Shown one piece after another: positions 11,146 through 22,430 of a stretch of DNA of 64,000 nucleotides. The stretch spans positions 88,855 to 152,854 of the forward strand of contig PERY01000001.1 in NCBI GenBank assembly GCA_002929055.1, given 5' to 3'. The position numbers were made by a program, and so were the translations under genes. The notes below the pieces were generated by a model. That model ran no database searches and had not been told where the DNA came from. It saw only the letters and a list, made by a program, of their open reading frames with translations. How positions within the stretch are numbered: position 1 is the first letter of the stretch; each line of letters opens with the position of its first letter. Origin of the DNA: Methylocystis sp. (GTDB taxonomy: Bacteria > Pseudomonadota > Alphaproteobacteria > Rhizobiales > Beijerinckiaceae).

Positions 11146-13389
11146 TTGACTGCAAGCCACTCCCACGCCGAACCGCAGATCAACGCCGAGATCGCCGCCG
11201 CCCACGGCCTGAAGCCCGACGAATATGACCGGATTCTGGCGCTCATCGGCCGCACGCCGACATTCACCGAGCTTGGCATCTTCTCGGCCATGTGGAACGA
11301 GCACTGCTCATATAAATCCTCGCGCATCCACTTGCGGAAGCTGCCGACCAGGGCCCCCTGGGTGATTCGCGGCCCCGGCGAGAACGCCGGCGTCATCGAC
11401 ATTGGCGACGGCGACGCGTGCATTTTCAAGATGGAGAGCCACAACCACCCCTCCTACATCGAGCCCTATCAGGGCGCGACGACGGGCGTGGGCGGCATCC
11501 TGCGCGACGTTTTCACAATGGGCGCGCGCCCCATCGCCTGCCTGAACCTGCTGCGCTTTGGCAGGCCCAGCCATCCCAAGACGCGCCATCTCGTTTCCGG
11601 CGTCGTTGCGGGCGTCGGCGGCTATGGCAACAGCTTCGGCGTGCCCACCGTCGGCGGCTCCACCGAATTCGACGCCTCCTATGACGGCAACATCCTCGTT
11701 AACGCCATGGCGGTGGGTCTCGCCCGCACAGACTCGATCTTTTATTCGGCAGCCGCAGGCGTCGGAAATCCGATCGTTTATCTCGGCTCCAAGACGGGGC
11801 GCGACGGCATTCACGGCGCGACCATGGCCTCGGCCTCGTTTGAAGCCGACGCGGAAGAGAAGCGCCCGACCGTCCAGGTCGGAGATCCCTTCTCGGAAAA
11901 GCTCCTGCTCGAGGCCTGTCTGGAGCTGATGGCGTCCGGCGCCGTGATCGCCATTCAGGACATGGGCGCCGCTGGCCTTACGTCTTCGGCGGTCGAGATG
12001 GGCGCCAAGGGCAATCTCGGCATCGAGCTCGATCTCGACGCCGTGCCCTGCCGCGAAGAGGGCATGACCGCCTATGAGATGATGCTCTCGGAGAGCCAGG
12101 AGCGCATGCTCATGGTGCTCAAGCCCGAGCTGGAGGAGCAGGCCGAGGGCATCTTCCGCAAATGGGGGCTCGACTTCGCCATCGTCGGCAAGACGACCGA
12201 CACGCTGCGCTTCGTCGTGAAGCACAAGGGCGAGGTGAAAGCCGATCTCCCCATCAAGGAATTGGGCGACGAGGCGCCGCTTTACGATCGCCCATGGGTC
12301 GAGACGCCGAAGCAGCCCGTGATCGACCCGGCGTCAGTGACGCCGCCAATGTCGAACCGCGATGCGCTGCTCAGACTCCTCGGCACGCCGAACCTGTGCT
12401 CCAAGCGCTGGGTCTGGGAGCAATATGACCATCTCATTCTCGGCAACAGCGTCCGCCAGCCCGGCGGCGACGCCGCGGTGATTCGCGTGAAGGACGGGCC
12501 GAAGGGACTCGCTCTCACGACCGATGTCACAGCGCGCTATTGCGCGGCGGACCCGGTCGAGGGCGGCAGGCAGGCGGTGGCCGAATGCTGGCGCAACATC
12601 ACCGTGCGCGGCGCGACGCCTTTGGCGCTCACCGACAATCTCAATTTCGGCAACCCCGAGCGGCCCGAATATATGGGCCAGTTCGTCGGCTGTCTGCAGG
12701 GCATCGGCGAGGCCGCGGGCGCGCTCGACTTCCCGATCGTCTCCGGCAATGTCTCCCTCTACAACGAAACGCAGGGCGCGGGCATTCTGCCGACCCCGGC
12801 GATCGGCGGCGTCGGAATCATCGCGGATGTCGCGAAATCAGCGCCGACCGGCTTTGTCCGAGACGGCGAGATGATCCTTCTCATTGGCGAGACCAGGGGC
12901 TGGCTCGGCCAGTCCGCCTATCTCGCCGATGTCTGCGGCCGCAAGGAGGGCGCGCCGCCGCCTGTCGATCTTTCAGCCGAGCGACGCAATGGCGAATTTG
13001 TCCGCGAACTCGTCCTCGCCGGCCGCGTGACCGCGGCGCATGATCTTTCCGACGGCGGGCTTGCGGTGGCCGTTGCGGAAATGGCTATCGCCGGAGGAAT
13101 CGGAGCGACGATCGCCGTCCTTCCCGCCGGACCGGCGCATGCCGCGCTCTTTGGCGAGGATCAGGCCCGTTACCTTGTGACCGCGCCTTCCGCGGAAGAG
13201 GCGAAAGCCATCAGCGACGAAGCGGCGGCGCGGGGCGTGCCCGCTATGGCGCTTGGCGGGACCGGCGGCGACGCCTTGATCCTCCCGGGCGAGGCGCCGA
13301 TATTGCTGTCGCAACTGCGCAATGCGCATGAGGCGCCGCTTCCGGCCTATATGGCCGGAGACGACGGGGTCTTTTCCGACAATTCATGA
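11146..13389 (+). CDS. purL: Phosphoribosylformylglycinamidine synthase subunit PurL
   Basis: [43 protein letters not shown]. Confidence 0.98.
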   Translation: MTASHSHAEPQINAEIAAAHGLKPDEYDRILALIGRTPTFTELGIFSAMWNEHCSYKSSRIHLRKLPTRAPWVIRGPGENAGVIDIGDGDACIFKMESHNHPSYIEPYQGATTGVGGILRDVFTMGARPIACLNLLRFGRPSHPKTRHLVSGVVAGVGGYGNSFGVPTVGGSTEFDASYDGNILVNAMAVGLARTDSIFYSAAAGVGNPIVYLGSKTGRDGIHGATMASASFEADAEEKRPTVQVGDPFSEKLLLEACLELMASGAVIAIQDMGAAGLTSSAVEMGAKGNLGIELDLDAVPCREEGMTAYEMMLSESQERMLMVLKPELEEQAEGIFRKWGLDFAIVGKTTDTLRFVVKHKGEVKADLPIKELGDEAPLYDRPWVETPKQPVIDPASVTPPMSNRDALLRLLGTPNLCSKRWVWEQYDHLILGNSVRQPGGDAAVIRVKDGPKGLALTTDVTARYCAADPVEGGRQAVAECWRNITVRGATPLALTDNLNFGNPERPEYMGQFVGCLQGIGEAAGALDFPIVSGNVSLYNETQGAGILPTPAIGGVGIIADVAKSAPTGFVRDGEMILLIGETRGWLGQSAYLADVCGRKEGAPPPVDLSAERRNGEFVRELVLAGRVTAAHDLSDGGLAVAVAEMAIAGGIGATIAVLPAGPAHAALFGEDQARYLVTAPSAEEAKAISDEAAARGVPAMALGGTGGDALILPGEAPILLSQLRNAHEAPLPAYMAGDDGVFSDNS

Positions 13390-13408
13390 CGCAAAGAGGA
13401 CGAATGAA

Positions 13409-13639
13409 ATGCCCATGCCCGCCGCTGAAATCGAACGTCTCATCAAGGCGGCGATTCCCGATGCGCAGATCGAGCTGACCGCGCTCGTCAATGACGACGA
13501 CCATTGGGCGGCGACTGTCGTCTCCGAATCCTTCCGCGGCCTCACCCGCGTGAAGCAGCACCAGATGGTGAACGCCGCATTCGGCGGCCGTCTCGGCGGC
13601 GAATTGCACGCGCTGCAACTGACGACGCGCGCGCCCTGA
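13409..13639 (+). CDS. BolA/IbaG family protein
   Basis: DDHWAATVVSESFRGLTRVKQHQMV ... LHALQL; AGAGG RBS before ATG 13409; next to grxD. Confidence 0.9.
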   Translation: MPMPAAEIERLIKAAIPDAQIELTALVNDDDHWAATVVSESFRGLTRVKQHQMVNAAFGGRLGGELHALQLTTRAP

Positions 13640-13688
13640 CCCCCACTTCTCAACCGGCGCCTTGAACGCCGTATGAAAGGCAGAGTGA

Positions 13689-14030
13689 ATGACCAACGTG
13701 AACAACCGCATCAAGAGCGAGATCGAATCCTCCGACGTCGTGCTCTTCATGAAGGGCACCCCGCAGGCGCCGCAATGCGGCTTCTCCATGCAGGTGGTGC
13801 AGATACTCAACCACCTCGGCGTGCCCTACAAGGCGATCAACGTCCTCGCCGACGGCGAAATCCGGGAAGGCATCAAGGCCTTTTCAAACTGGCCGACCAT
13901 CCCGCAGCTTTATGTGAAGAACGAATTCATCGGCGGCTGCGACATCACCCGCGAGATGTTTCAGTCGGGCGAACTGACGGCTCTCCTCGACAAGGAAGGC
14001 GTTCCGCACACCCAGGCCGGCAAGGCCTGA
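13689..14030 (+). CDS. grxD: Monothiol glutaredoxin Grx4
   Basis: FMKGTP ... [19 protein letters not shown]. Confidence 0.96.
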   Translation: MTNVNNRIKSEIESSDVVLFMKGTPQAPQCGFSMQVVQILNHLGVPYKAINVLADGEIREGIKAFSNWPTIPQLYVKNEFIGGCDITREMFQSGELTALLDKEGVPHTQAGKA

Positions 14031-14282
14031 GAGCGCCGGCGGCTCACGGCATAGCGGCAGGTTGCATGCGCGTCGTTCCCGGGAGGGACGGCGCGCATTC
14101 GTTTTTTCGATAGGTTTTACCGGGCGCGCCTCAGTCATGTTGCGTCCGCAAATGGGGCCACAGCAGGGGGAGGTGTCCTGCACTTTTTTATGACAGACGA
14201 ATGACACACACTCCTTCCTACAGACGCCGAGGGTCGCGCGACTACGCCGAGCCCGGCAGGGCGCTCTGAAATGGAGGAAGCC

Positions 14283-14525
14283 ATGTCCCGTAAATTCATT
14301 TTTGCCGCCGCGACTCTTGGCGTCGTTCTGACGTCGGCCCCGGCCTTCGCTTATGATCGCTACTACGATTTCGGCGAAGTCTGGGGGCGCTCGACGCAGC
14401 AGCATCGTCGCGATGAGGCGCTGAGCGCAACGCCCCGCGACGTCACGCGCCACCAAACGCCGAATGTTTATCGCCCCGGAGCCCATGACCCCTCGGGCAA
14501 CATCATTCTCGAAGGCGCCATGTGA
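14283..14525 (+). CDS. Small secreted hypothetical protein
   Basis: GGAGGA RBS, Sec signal ending APAFA, followed by its own terminator. Confidence 0.7.
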   Translation: MSRKFIFAAATLGVVLTSAPAFAYDRYYDFGEVWGRSTQQHRRDEALSATPRDVTRHQTPNVYRPGAHDPSGNIILEGAM

Positions 14526-14574
14526 CATTCGTTCCCGTCGGGCGATTCGAACCGGCCAGGTAAGAGGTGAAGCG

Positions 14575-14607
14575 AAGCCCCGGCGGACCGCCGGGGCTTT
14601 GTTTTTT
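14575..14607 (+). terminator. Rho-independent terminator
   Basis: AAGCCCCGGCG-gac-CGCCGGGGCTT followed by TGTTTTTT. Confidence 0.85.
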
Positions 14608-14886
14608 GGGCTTTAAATTCGTGCCGATCGGCCGATCCGCCTCTGTCTCGTCATGCTTTGGCGAAATATTTTTGCTGTGCAGCGCAGCACATGCGAGGCG
14701 GCGCCTTCGCCATAGCGCTGCACTGGACCCATGCCGACAACCTGTATTTACGTATATATACCTCGGTTTTATCTATGCATTGGCTTGTCCGGTTTCCGCA
14801 TTTGATTTCGGATGCATACTGCGTAACTGTCGAACCATGAGCCCAAGACAAATACGGCCGCGCCTTTCGGGCCCGATGGCCGGCAG

Positions 14887-15882
14887 ATGACGCTTCCGCT
14901 CGCCTTGACGCAGGGGGATCCTTCCGGGATCGGGCCGGAGCTGACGCTCAAGGCCTATGCAGCGCGCCAGTCGGCGGGGCTGCCCCCGTTCTTCCTTATC
15001 GCTGATCCCACCCATCTCGCGCGGGTCGCCGCCGCGCTGTCGCTCGACGTTCCGCTGGAGGAAACCAGTGCGTCGCAGGCGGCGGCAGTCTTTTCCCGGG
15101 CGCTTCCCGTCGTAGCCGTCGGCGTCGCGGCGCAAGGCGGTTTCGGCAAGCCCGAGACGTCGGACGCGGCGTCCACGATCCGCTCGATCGAGCGCGCGGT
15201 TGAAACCGTCGTGACCGGCGAAGCGCGCGCCGTCGTCACGAACCCGATCGCAAAGTCCGTCCTTTACGCCGCGGGTTTCTCCCATCCCGGCCATACGGAA
15301 TTTCTCGGCGAGCTGACGCGCCGTCACTACGGCGGCGGCCAACACGCGGTGATGATGCTCTGGTCGGAGGAACTCGCCGTCGTGCCGATCACAATCCACA
15401 TCGCGCTCAACGAGGCGCCGCGGCGGCTGACGCGGGAACTGATTCTGGAGACAGGGCGGATCGTCGCCCATGACCTTCGCACGCGCTTTGGCGTCACGCA
15501 TCCGCGTCTCGCCTTCTCGGGCCTCAATCCCCATGCGGGCGAAAACGGTGCGCTCGGGCGCGAGGAGATCGAGACCATCGCGCCGGCGATCGAGGAATTG
15601 CGCGCGCAAGGCATAGACGCGCGCGGGCCTTTCCCCGCCGACACCATGTTCCATGCGGCGGCGCGCAAAACCTATGACGTCGCGCTCTGCCCGACACATG
15701 ACCAGGCGCTCATTCCCATCAAGACGCTCGCTTTCGACCGGGGCGTGAATGTCACGCTGGGCCTGCCCTTCGTGCGCACCTCGCCCGACCACGGCACAGC
15801 CTTCGACATCGCCGGCAGAGGCGTCGCCGATCCCACGAGCCTCATCGAGGCGATCAAGCTTGCGGGGCGGATGGCCGCGTGA
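14887..15882 (+). CDS. pdxA: 4-hydroxythreonine-4-phosphate dehydrogenase PdxA
   Basis: [44 protein letters not shown]. Confidence 0.96.
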   Translation: MTLPLALTQGDPSGIGPELTLKAYAARQSAGLPPFFLIADPTHLARVAAALSLDVPLEETSASQAAAVFSRALPVVAVGVAAQGGFGKPETSDAASTIRSIERAVETVVTGEARAVVTNPIAKSVLYAAGFSHPGHTEFLGELTRRHYGGGQHAVMMLWSEELAVVPITIHIALNEAPRRLTRELILETGRIVAHDLRTRFGVTHPRLAFSGLNPHAGENGALGREEIETIAPAIEELRAQGIDARGPFPADTMFHAAARKTYDVALCPTHDQALIPIKTLAFDRGVNVTLGLPFVRTSPDHGTAFDIAGRGVADPTSLIEAIKLAGRMAA

Positions 15883-16751
15883 TCGACGATCTGCCCCCTT
15901 TGCGCGACGTCGTCACGCGCCACGGGCTCGACGCCAAAAAAACGCTCGGCCAGAATTTTCTTTATGACCTCAATCTCACCAGCCGCATCGCGCGCGCCGC
16001 GGGCCCGCTCGAAAACGCAACTGTCGTCGAGATCGGTCCTGGGCCCGGCGGCCTCACGCGTGCGCTGCTGGCGCAGGGAGCGCGTGTCGTCGCGATCGAA
16101 CGCGACCAGCGCTGCCAGCCGGCGCTCGCGGAGATCGCCGCCCATTATCCCGGGCGCCTTACCGTCGTCGAAGGCGACGCGCTGGAGATCGACGTGGCGG
16201 AACTGGCGCGCATGCATGGGACGCAGGGTCCGGCCCGCATCTGCGCCAACCTCCCCTACAATGTCGCAACCGCCTTGCTGACGCGCTGGATCGAGGCCGA
16301 GCCCTGGCCCTCGGTCTTCGATCGCTATGTTCTGATGTTCCAGAAGGAGGTGGCTCTCCGCATCGTCGCCACGCCGGCCCAACGCTCTGATTACGGCCGT
16401 CTCGCCGTGCTCTGCGGCTGGCGAACGAAGGCGCGGATCCTGTTCGACGTCTCTCCGTCGGCCTTCACGCCGCCGCCGAAAGTTACGTCCTCGATCGTGG
16501 AGCTCGTCCCCAATCCAGCCCCCTTGCCCTGCGATCCGGGCGCCCTCTCGCGGGTCGCCCAGGCCGCCTTCGGCCAGCGGCGCAAGATGCTGCGCCAGAG
16601 CCTCAGGAGCCTCGGCGTCGACGCCGGCGAGATGCTGGCGCACGCAGGCATCGCGGAGACGAAGCGGGCAGAGGAGATCGAGGTCGCGGGCTTCGTCGCG
16701 CTCGCCGACGCCTTCGCCGCTCAGCGGCCCACGAAAGCCTCCGCAAGATAG
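15879..16751 (+). CDS. rsmA: 16S rRNA dimethyladenosine transferase RsmA/KsgA
   Basis: [31 protein letters not shown]. Confidence 0.96.
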   Translation: MIDDLPPLRDVVTRHGLDAKKTLGQNFLYDLNLTSRIARAAGPLENATVVEIGPGPGGLTRALLAQGARVVAIERDQRCQPALAEIAAHYPGRLTVVEGDALEIDVAELARMHGTQGPARICANLPYNVATALLTRWIEAEPWPSVFDRYVLMFQKEVALRIVATPAQRSDYGRLAVLCGWRTKARILFDVSPSAFTPPPKVTSSIVELVPNPAPLPCDPGALSRVAQAAFGQRRKMLRQSLRSLGVDAGEMLAHAGIAETKRAEEIEVAGFVALADAFAAQRPTKASAR

Positions 16752-17089
16752 TCGCGCAAAGCGGCGGCGTTGTTCATCTCCTCCTCGCGCGCCGCAAAGA
16801 CGAGCGTCACAGGCCCCTTGCGCGCCAGCTTCTGGACGGCCTCGATCTCCTCCCGCGCCCGCGGCCGCCCCAGCTCCTCGCGGAAGCGCTTGAGAAATTC
16901 TTCCCAATGCTCGGGCTTGTGGGCGAACCAGCGGCGCAATTCATGGCTTGGCGAAAGATCCTTGGCCCAGAAGTCGATTGCGGCCCTGTCCTTGGTCAGG
17001 CCGCGCGGCCACAGGCGATCGACGAGGACGCGGGTTCCGTCGTCGGCGGCTGGAGGGTCGTAGACTCGTTTGATGTCGATGATCGGCAT
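16721..17089 (-). CDS. DUF488 / YeaO family protein
   Basis: IKRVYD ... [14 protein letters not shown] ... PSHELRRWF. Confidence 0.9.
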   Translation of the reverse strand: MPIIDIKRVYDPPAADDGTRVLVDRLWPRGLTKDRAAIDFWAKDLSPSHELRRWFAHKPEHWEEFLKRFREELGRPRAREEIEAVQKLARKGPVTLVFAAREEEMNNAAALRDYLAEAFVGR

Positions 17090-17121
17090 TCAAGCGCAGA
17101 TAGCGCTCGTTCGGCCGATGG

Positions 17122-17763
17122 CTACTCGCTGAGAAGCTTTTCCACGAAGGCTTCGATTCCGCGCTCCCGCCGCGGCCGCCTCTGGCGTTCGGCGCGCAGG
17201 ATGGCGATCAGATCGTCGAAGGAGCGCTGCAGGTCGTCGTTGACGATGACATAGTCATAGTCCTTCCAGCGGGCGATTTCCTTGCGGGCGTTTTCGAGCC
17301 GCCTCTCGATCACCTCCCGCGAATCCTCGGCGCGGCGCTCGAGCCGCGCGCGCAGTTCCTTCATGGAGGGCGGCAGGATGAAGACCGTCACCGTGTCGGC
17401 GCCCATCTTCTCGCGCACCTGGCGCGTGCCCTGATAATCGATGTCGAAGAGGCAGTCGCGCCCCTGCGCCAGGATCGCCTCCACCGGCCCGCGCGGCGTG
17501 CCGTAGAAATTGCCGTGCACCTCGGCCCACTCCAGCAGTTCGCCGGCGTCGCGCATGGCGGTGAACTGGCGCTCGTTGATGAAGCGGTAATGGATGCCGT
17601 CGACCTCGCTCGTGCGGCGCGCCCGCGTCGTGACCGAGATGGACAGGGTCAGATCGAGGTCGCGGTCCTGCAGGAGCATCCGCGTCAGCGTGGTCTTGCC
17701 GGCGCCCGAGGGCGAGGAGAGGATGAGAACGACGCCGCGGCGCAGCGGGAGGGTGTAGTCCAT
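17122..17763 (-). CDS. gmk: Guanylate kinase
   Basis: SSPSGAGKTT, SVTTR, EWAEVHGNFYGT. Start is 17763 or 17778. Confidence 0.96.
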   Translation of the reverse strand: MDYTLPLRRGVVLILSSPSGAGKTTLTRMLLQDRDLDLTLSISVTTRARRTSEVDGIHYRFINERQFTAMRDAGELLEWAEVHGNFYGTPRGPVEAILAQGRDCLFDIDYQGTRQVREKMGADTVTVFILPPSMKELRARLERRAEDSREVIERRLENARKEIARWKDYDYVIVNDDLQRSFDDLIAILRAERQRRPRRERGIEAFVEKLLSE

Positions 17764-17836
17764 GGCGACTATCGGCACAGGAAGGGAAAACCGGCAATAG
17801 AAAATAGCGCGCAGCCTGGCAAGCGCCGGCGCATGC

Positions 17837-18724
17837 TTACTCTATGTTTTGCACCTGTTCGCGAAGCTGCTCCACTTCGATCTTGAGGTCGAGGCCAATG
17901 GCGGTGAGCGTCGCGTCGTTCGATTTGGCGCAGAGGGTATTGGTCTCCCGGCCCAGCTCCTGCGACAGAAAGTCGAGCCGCCGGCCGATCGGCCCGCCAT
18001 CGGCGAGGAGCTTCCGGGCGCTGGCGATATGAGCCTCGAGGCGGTCGAGCTCCTCGCGGATGTCTGCCTTCACCGCCAGCAGCACGGCTTCCTGATGCAG
18101 TCGGGCGGGGTCGAGCCCCTCGGCTGACTCCATCAGCCGCAGTAACTGCTGGGCGAGGCGCTCGCGCACGGCCTCGGGCTGGCGGGCGGGCAGAGCGTCC
18201 GCATGCGCGGCCAGCGTCCCGATCCGGGCAAGGCGCTCTTGCAGCACGCCGGCGAGCGCCGCGCCTTCCTCCCGCCGCGAGACGAGCAGCGCAACGAGCG
18301 CTTTCTCCAGATCGTTGAGCACGCTCGATTCGAGAGCCGTGCGCTGCGCCTCGTCGTCTTCGGGCTCGACGACTTCGATGACGCCCCGGACGGCGAGAAG
18401 GCCGTCCAGCGTCGCGGGGCCGAGGTTCGAGGGCAGCGGCACGCCTTCCAGCGCGGCGAGAAGGCGGTCGAGCGCACCGCGGTTGACGCGCACATTGCCC
18501 TCCTCCTCCGCGCGGCGCGCGGTGAGATTGGCGAAAACGGAGCCGCGCGCGAGCCGCGCGGAAATGGCGGCGCGCGCCTTTATCTCCACCGCGTCGAAAT
18601 TCGGCGGCGCGCGCAGGCGCAGGTCGAGCCCCTTGGCGTTGACGCTCTTCAGCTCCCAGGCGTAGCTCCACGGCCCAAGGCTGCCCTGCGTGCGGGCGAA
18701 TCCAGTCATGCTGGCGACGGTCAT
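17837..18724 (-). CDS. YicC/YloC family endoribonuclease
   Basis: SMTGF, WELKSVN, EELDRL, GRRLDFLSQE, EQVQNIE. Confidence 0.95.
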   Translation of the reverse strand: MTVASMTGFARTQGSLGPWSYAWELKSVNAKGLDLRLRAPPNFDAVEIKARAAISARLARGSVFANLTARRAEEEGNVRVNRGALDRLLAALEGVPLPSNLGPATLDGLLAVRGVIEVVEPEDDEAQRTALESSVLNDLEKALVALLVSRREEGAALAGVLQERLARIGTLAAHADALPARQPEAVRERLAQQLLRLMESAEGLDPARLHQEAVLLAVKADIREELDRLEAHIASARKLLADGGPIGRRLDFLSQELGRETNTLCAKSNDATLTAIGLDLKIEVEQLREQVQNIE

Positions 18725-18756
18725 GGGAGCTCCGGTTGCGAAGGCGCCGCCCGGGT

Positions 18757-20880
18757 TTAGCGGATGCTGGCGCTGGACGGAACCGTCTTGGCGGAGGTCA
18801 GATCCCAGCTGCGGTCCTTCAGCGGATCGAGCGCCGTGCCTTCCGAGGCGTCGAAGGCGCGCGGGCGCGCCCGCTCCGGGGCGGGGGCCATGGCGATCGG
18901 GGCGCCGGCGCTCGCCGGAGCGGCGGCGTCCCCGGCCGAAACTTTCTCGCCGACCGCGTCGGTCGGCAATTCGTCCGAGCCCGACGAGAGCCCGAGCTTT
19001 GCGGCGCGCGCCTTCTGCTCCGCGCGGCGGGCGGGGGAGACCGGATAGGCCGCGATGTCCGGCTCCGGCAGCGCCTTTCCGTCGGCGCTCTCACGCGCCA
19101 TCATGTCCGGGCCGAGCGCGCCTTCCTCGCCTTCTTCGCCCGGCGCGGGGCCGGCGGAGGCGAGGAGTTCCGAATTGAAACCCCCGATGGTCGAACGCGG
19201 CTGCGCGGCGTCCTGCGTGAAGTAGGGCCTTGCGACCCGCAGCGGCGCGAGATGGGAAGCGGCGTCGCTGGTCGGATCCTCCAGACCGCCAAGGAAAAAT
19301 GCGGCGCCGGCGGGACCATATTTGCCGAGTCGATGGGTCGACCCGTCGTCCTCGGACATGGCCCGGCCGGGCGAATAATCCTCGTGGCTCGCGTCGAGGG
19401 CGAGGAGCCGTCCGATCGGCGCCTGGGTGCGCTTGTCGCTCTTGGGCGCAGCGGGCGGGACGGCGGCGGGGACGCTCTGGTCGACGCCCGGCGCGGCGCC
19501 AGGAGCGGCGCCAGGAGCGGTTCCTGCCTTGGCCTTCTGGTCCTGCTCGATCCTGCGCCAGCTCTGGACATTGCGGGAATGCTGGTCGAGCGACTCGGCG
19601 AAGACATGCCCGCCCGTGCCGTCGGCGACGAAATAAAGGTCTCGGGTGCCGGCGGGATTGGCCGTGGCTTCGAGAGCGGCCCTGCCCGGATTGGCGATCG
19701 GACCCGGCGGCAGGCCGTCGATGGCGTAGGTGTTGTAGGGCGTCCATTTCTCGATCTCGGAGCGCAGGATGCCGCGTCCGAGCGTCGCCTTGCCGCCGAC
19801 GAGACCGTAGATGATCGTGGGATCGGACTGCAGCCGCATGCCCTTGCGCAGCCGATTGACGAAGACGGCGGCGACGCGCGGGCGCTCCTCCGACTTGCCG
19901 GTCTCCTTCTCGACGATGGAGGCGAGCGTCACGAGCTCATAGGGCGAGCGCAGCGGAAGATCCCTGGCGCGTTTCGCCCAGATCTGTTCGATCAGCTTGC
20001 GCTGGTCCGCCTGCATTTTCGAGATCAGCTTGTCGCGCGGGAAGCCGCGCGGAAATTTGTAGGTCTCGGGCAGCAGCGCGCCTTCCTTCGGCGTCTCGAT
20101 CACATCGCCGGTCAGGAGTTCGGATTCGCGCAGGCGCTGGACAATCTGCTCGCTCGTCAGGCCTTCGGGAATCGTCACGCTGTGCATGAGCTGCTTGCCG
20201 CCGACCAGTTCGTCGATCACCTCGCGCAGGCTGATGCGCTTTTTGAACTGATATTCGCCGGGCTTGAGCTTGCCGCGGGCGTTCTCGACGAGCAGGGCGA
20301 AATTCATCAGTCCGGGGCTGTCGATGACGCCCTCGCGCTCGAGCGCGGCGATCATCTCCGGCACGTCGCTGCGCGGCGGCAGGTAGACGATCTTGTCGGC
20401 CCCGAGCGGGCCCGGCTCCTTCAGCTTGTGCATGACCGCGATGACCCCGAAGGCGCTGGCGACGAGACCGACGAGAAGGAAGCTGAGGAATCCGCTCATG
20501 GCGGAGAGAGTGCCGTCCCGGCGCTTCTTTTTCTTCGGTGGCGGCGCAGGCGGCGCCTCCGGCTGGAGGGTCTGGTTGGCGGCGGCGCGTCGGCGGAACA
20601 TGGACGCAGGCGACTCATCGGCGGACTTCGGCGGCGCAACCGGTTCTGGCGCGCGGGTTGGCGGCGGGACGATCGCAGCTTCGACGGGTTTTTGGGTTGC
20701 GGTGGGCTCTGCGGCTTCGCTGTTCAGCGCCGCCGGCGTTTCGGGCGCAGGCTCAGCGGTCGTTTTCGCCTCGTCGCGGGGCTCGGCCTTCGACTCCAAT
20801 CTGGCGTCGTTCGGCGCAGCGGTCCCGTCTTCTTTGGGGGCGGTCGGCTTGTCGCCGTTTTCGTCGCTTCCAATCGTCAT
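18757..20880 (-). CDS. mltG: Endolytic transglycosylase MltG with long N- and C-terminal extensions
   Basis: TM segment, VTIPEG, LASIVEKET, LQSDPT, YNTY, GLPPGPIANPG, LYFVADGTGGHVF. Start uncertain (20880 or 20907). Confidence 0.92.
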   Translation of the reverse strand: MTIGSDENGDKPTAPKEDGTAAPNDARLESKAEPRDEAKTTAEPAPETPAALNSEAAEPTATQKPVEAAIVPPPTRAPEPVAPPKSADESPASMFRRRAAANQTLQPEAPPAPPPKKKKRRDGTLSAMSGFLSFLLVGLVASAFGVIAVMHKLKEPGPLGADKIVYLPPRSDVPEMIAALEREGVIDSPGLMNFALLVENARGKLKPGEYQFKKRISLREVIDELVGGKQLMHSVTIPEGLTSEQIVQRLRESELLTGDVIETPKEGALLPETYKFPRGFPRDKLISKMQADQRKLIEQIWAKRARDLPLRSPYELVTLASIVEKETGKSEERPRVAAVFVNRLRKGMRLQSDPTIIYGLVGGKATLGRGILRSEIEKWTPYNTYAIDGLPPGPIANPGRAALEATANPAGTRDLYFVADGTGGHVFAESLDQHSRNVQSWRRIEQDQKAKAGTAPGAAPGAAPGVDQSVPAAVPPAAPKSDKRTQAPIGRLLALDASHEDYSPGRAMSEDDGSTHRLGKYGPAGAAFFLGGLEDPTSDAASHLAPLRVARPYFTQDAAQPRSTIGGFNSELLASAGPAPGEEGEEGALGPDMMARESADGKALPEPDIAAYPVSPARRAEQKARAAKLGLSSGSDELPTDAVGEKVSAGDAAAPASAGAPIAMAPAPERARPRAFDASEGTALDPLKDRSWDLTSAKTVPSSASIR

Positions 20881-21000
20881 CACGCCAATCCAGTCACCCT
20901 GCTTCAAGCGCCGTACGCGCTTGTCGCCAAATGACTTACACTATTGGTCATTGTGGCGAATTGAGGAACGGGCGAACATGGTTAACAGGCGCGCTTCCCG

Positions 21001-21030
21001 GGGGGAACGCGGTTAACCGAGTTCTCCCCC
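21001..21030 (-). terminator. GC hairpin after fabF (possible terminator or processing site)
   Basis: GGGGGAAC ... GTTCTCCCCC inverted repeat just past the fabF stop; no clear U-tract. Confidence 0.35.
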
Positions 21031-21053
21031 GAAAGTTGTGCTGCAGCTTGGCT

Positions 21054-22316
21054 TTAGTCCGCGCGGCGGAAAAGCAGCGACGCATTGGTGCCGCCAAAGC
21101 CGAAGGAGTTGGACAGCGCCACATTTATCTCGCGTTCGCGGGCTTTCCCCGGCACGAGGTCGATCGCCGTCTCGACGGAGGGGTTGTCGAGGTTGCGCGT
21201 CGGCGGCGCGACGCCATGCTGCATGGCGAGGATCGTGTAGACCGCCTCCACCGCGCCGGCGCCGCCGAGGAGATGGCCGACAGCCGATTTCGTCGAGGAC
21301 ATGGAGAGCTTCGGCTCGTTGTTTCCGATCAGGCGCTCGACCGCCTTCAGCTCGATTTCGTCGCCCAGCGGCGTCGAGGTGCCATGCGCGTTGACATAGT
21401 CGATCTCGCTGACCGGAAGGCCGGAACGTTTCAGCGCCGCCTTCATGCAGCGATAGGCGCCGTCGCCATCCGGAGTGGGCGCCGTGATATGGAAGGCGTC
21501 GCCGGACATGCCATAGCCGATCAGCTCGGCGTAGATTTTGGCGCCCCTGGCGCGCGCGTGCTCATAGTCCTCGAGCACGACGCAGCCGGCGCCTTCGCCC
21601 AGCACGAAGCCGTCGCGGTCCTTGTCATAGGGACGTGAGGCCTCGGCGGGACGGTCGTTGAAGCCGGTGGAGAGCGCGCGGCAGGCGGCGAAGCCCGCGA
21701 CGCCGATGCGATTGACCGGCGATTCGGCGCCGCCCGCGACCATGACGTCGGCGTCGCCCATCGCGATGATGCGCGCCGCGTCGCCAATGGCGTGGGTGCC
21801 CGTCGCGCAGGCGGTGACGACCGCATGGTTCGGGCCTTTCAGCCCGTGCATGATCGACACGTAACCCGCGACGAGATTGATGATGCGCCCCGAAACGAAG
21901 AAGGGCGAGACGCGGCGCGGACCCTTTTCCTTCAAGGTGAGCGAGGTCTCGTAGATGCCCCCGAGGCCCCCGATGCCGGAGCCGATGAGGACGCCGGTCG
22001 CTTCCTGCTTCTCGGGGGTGTCGGCCTTCCAGCCCGCGTCGGCGAGCGCCTGTGTGGCGGCAGCCGTCCCGTAGATGATGAAGTCGTCGACCTTGCGCTG
22101 TTCCTTGGGGTCGAACCAGTCGTCGGGATTGAACGAGCCGTTGGCGCCGTCGCCGCGCGGCACGATGGCCGCGATCTGGCAGGCGAGGTCGTCGACCTCG
22201 AACATGTCGATCCGGCGGAATCCGTGTTCGCCCGCGGCCAGACGCCGCCAGTTCGTTTCGACGCCGCAGCCCAAAGGCGACACGACGCCAAGCCCGGTCA
22301 CGACGACCCTGCGCAT
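21054..22316 (-). CDS. fabF: 3-oxoacyl-ACP synthase II
   Basis: RRVVVTGLG, TACATG, NAHGTST, GHLLG, SNSFGFGGTN. Confidence 0.97.
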   Translation of the reverse strand: MRRVVVTGLGVVSPLGCGVETNWRRLAAGEHGFRRIDMFEVDDLACQIAAIVPRGDGANGSFNPDDWFDPKEQRKVDDFIIYGTAAATQALADAGWKADTPEKQEATGVLIGSGIGGLGGIYETSLTLKEKGPRRVSPFFVSGRIINLVAGYVSIMHGLKGPNHAVVTACATGTHAIGDAARIIAMGDADVMVAGGAESPVNRIGVAGFAACRALSTGFNDRPAEASRPYDKDRDGFVLGEGAGCVVLEDYEHARARGAKIYAELIGYGMSGDAFHITAPTPDGDGAYRCMKAALKRSGLPVSEIDYVNAHGTSTPLGDEIELKAVERLIGNNEPKLSMSSTKSAVGHLLGGAGAVEAVYTILAMQHGVAPPTRNLDNPSVETAIDLVPGKAREREINVALSNSFGFGGTNASLLFRRAD

Positions 22317-22430
22317 GGCTTGCTCTCTTCAGTCATTTCAAGGACGGGTTTCGCCGCCCCGGGGCGGTTCTCGCCCTGGCGGCGCGGGCGCGGGACGCAA
22401 CCAGCCGGCGCGTCCCGCAATCGGGCGGGA

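Noticed and set aside
11146-13389. purL without adjacent purQ/purS
   Set aside because: Scattered pur genes are common; no further signal in the sequence.
14742-14761. CTGTATTTACGTATAT resembling an E. coli LexA box
   Set aside because: The right half-site ACAG is missing, and alphaproteobacterial LexA uses GTTC-N7-GTTC.
14567-14951. Short ORFs of 60-107 aa upstream of pdxA
   Set aside because: They overlap a terminator or each other and have atypical composition and no RBS.
18736-20934. 732-aa plus-strand ORF, and similar long antisense ORFs over hemE, acs, serA, lysS, fumC and rpoN
   Set aside because: Shadow ORFs caused by high-GC codon bias on the strand opposite well-supported genes; no motifs or RBS.
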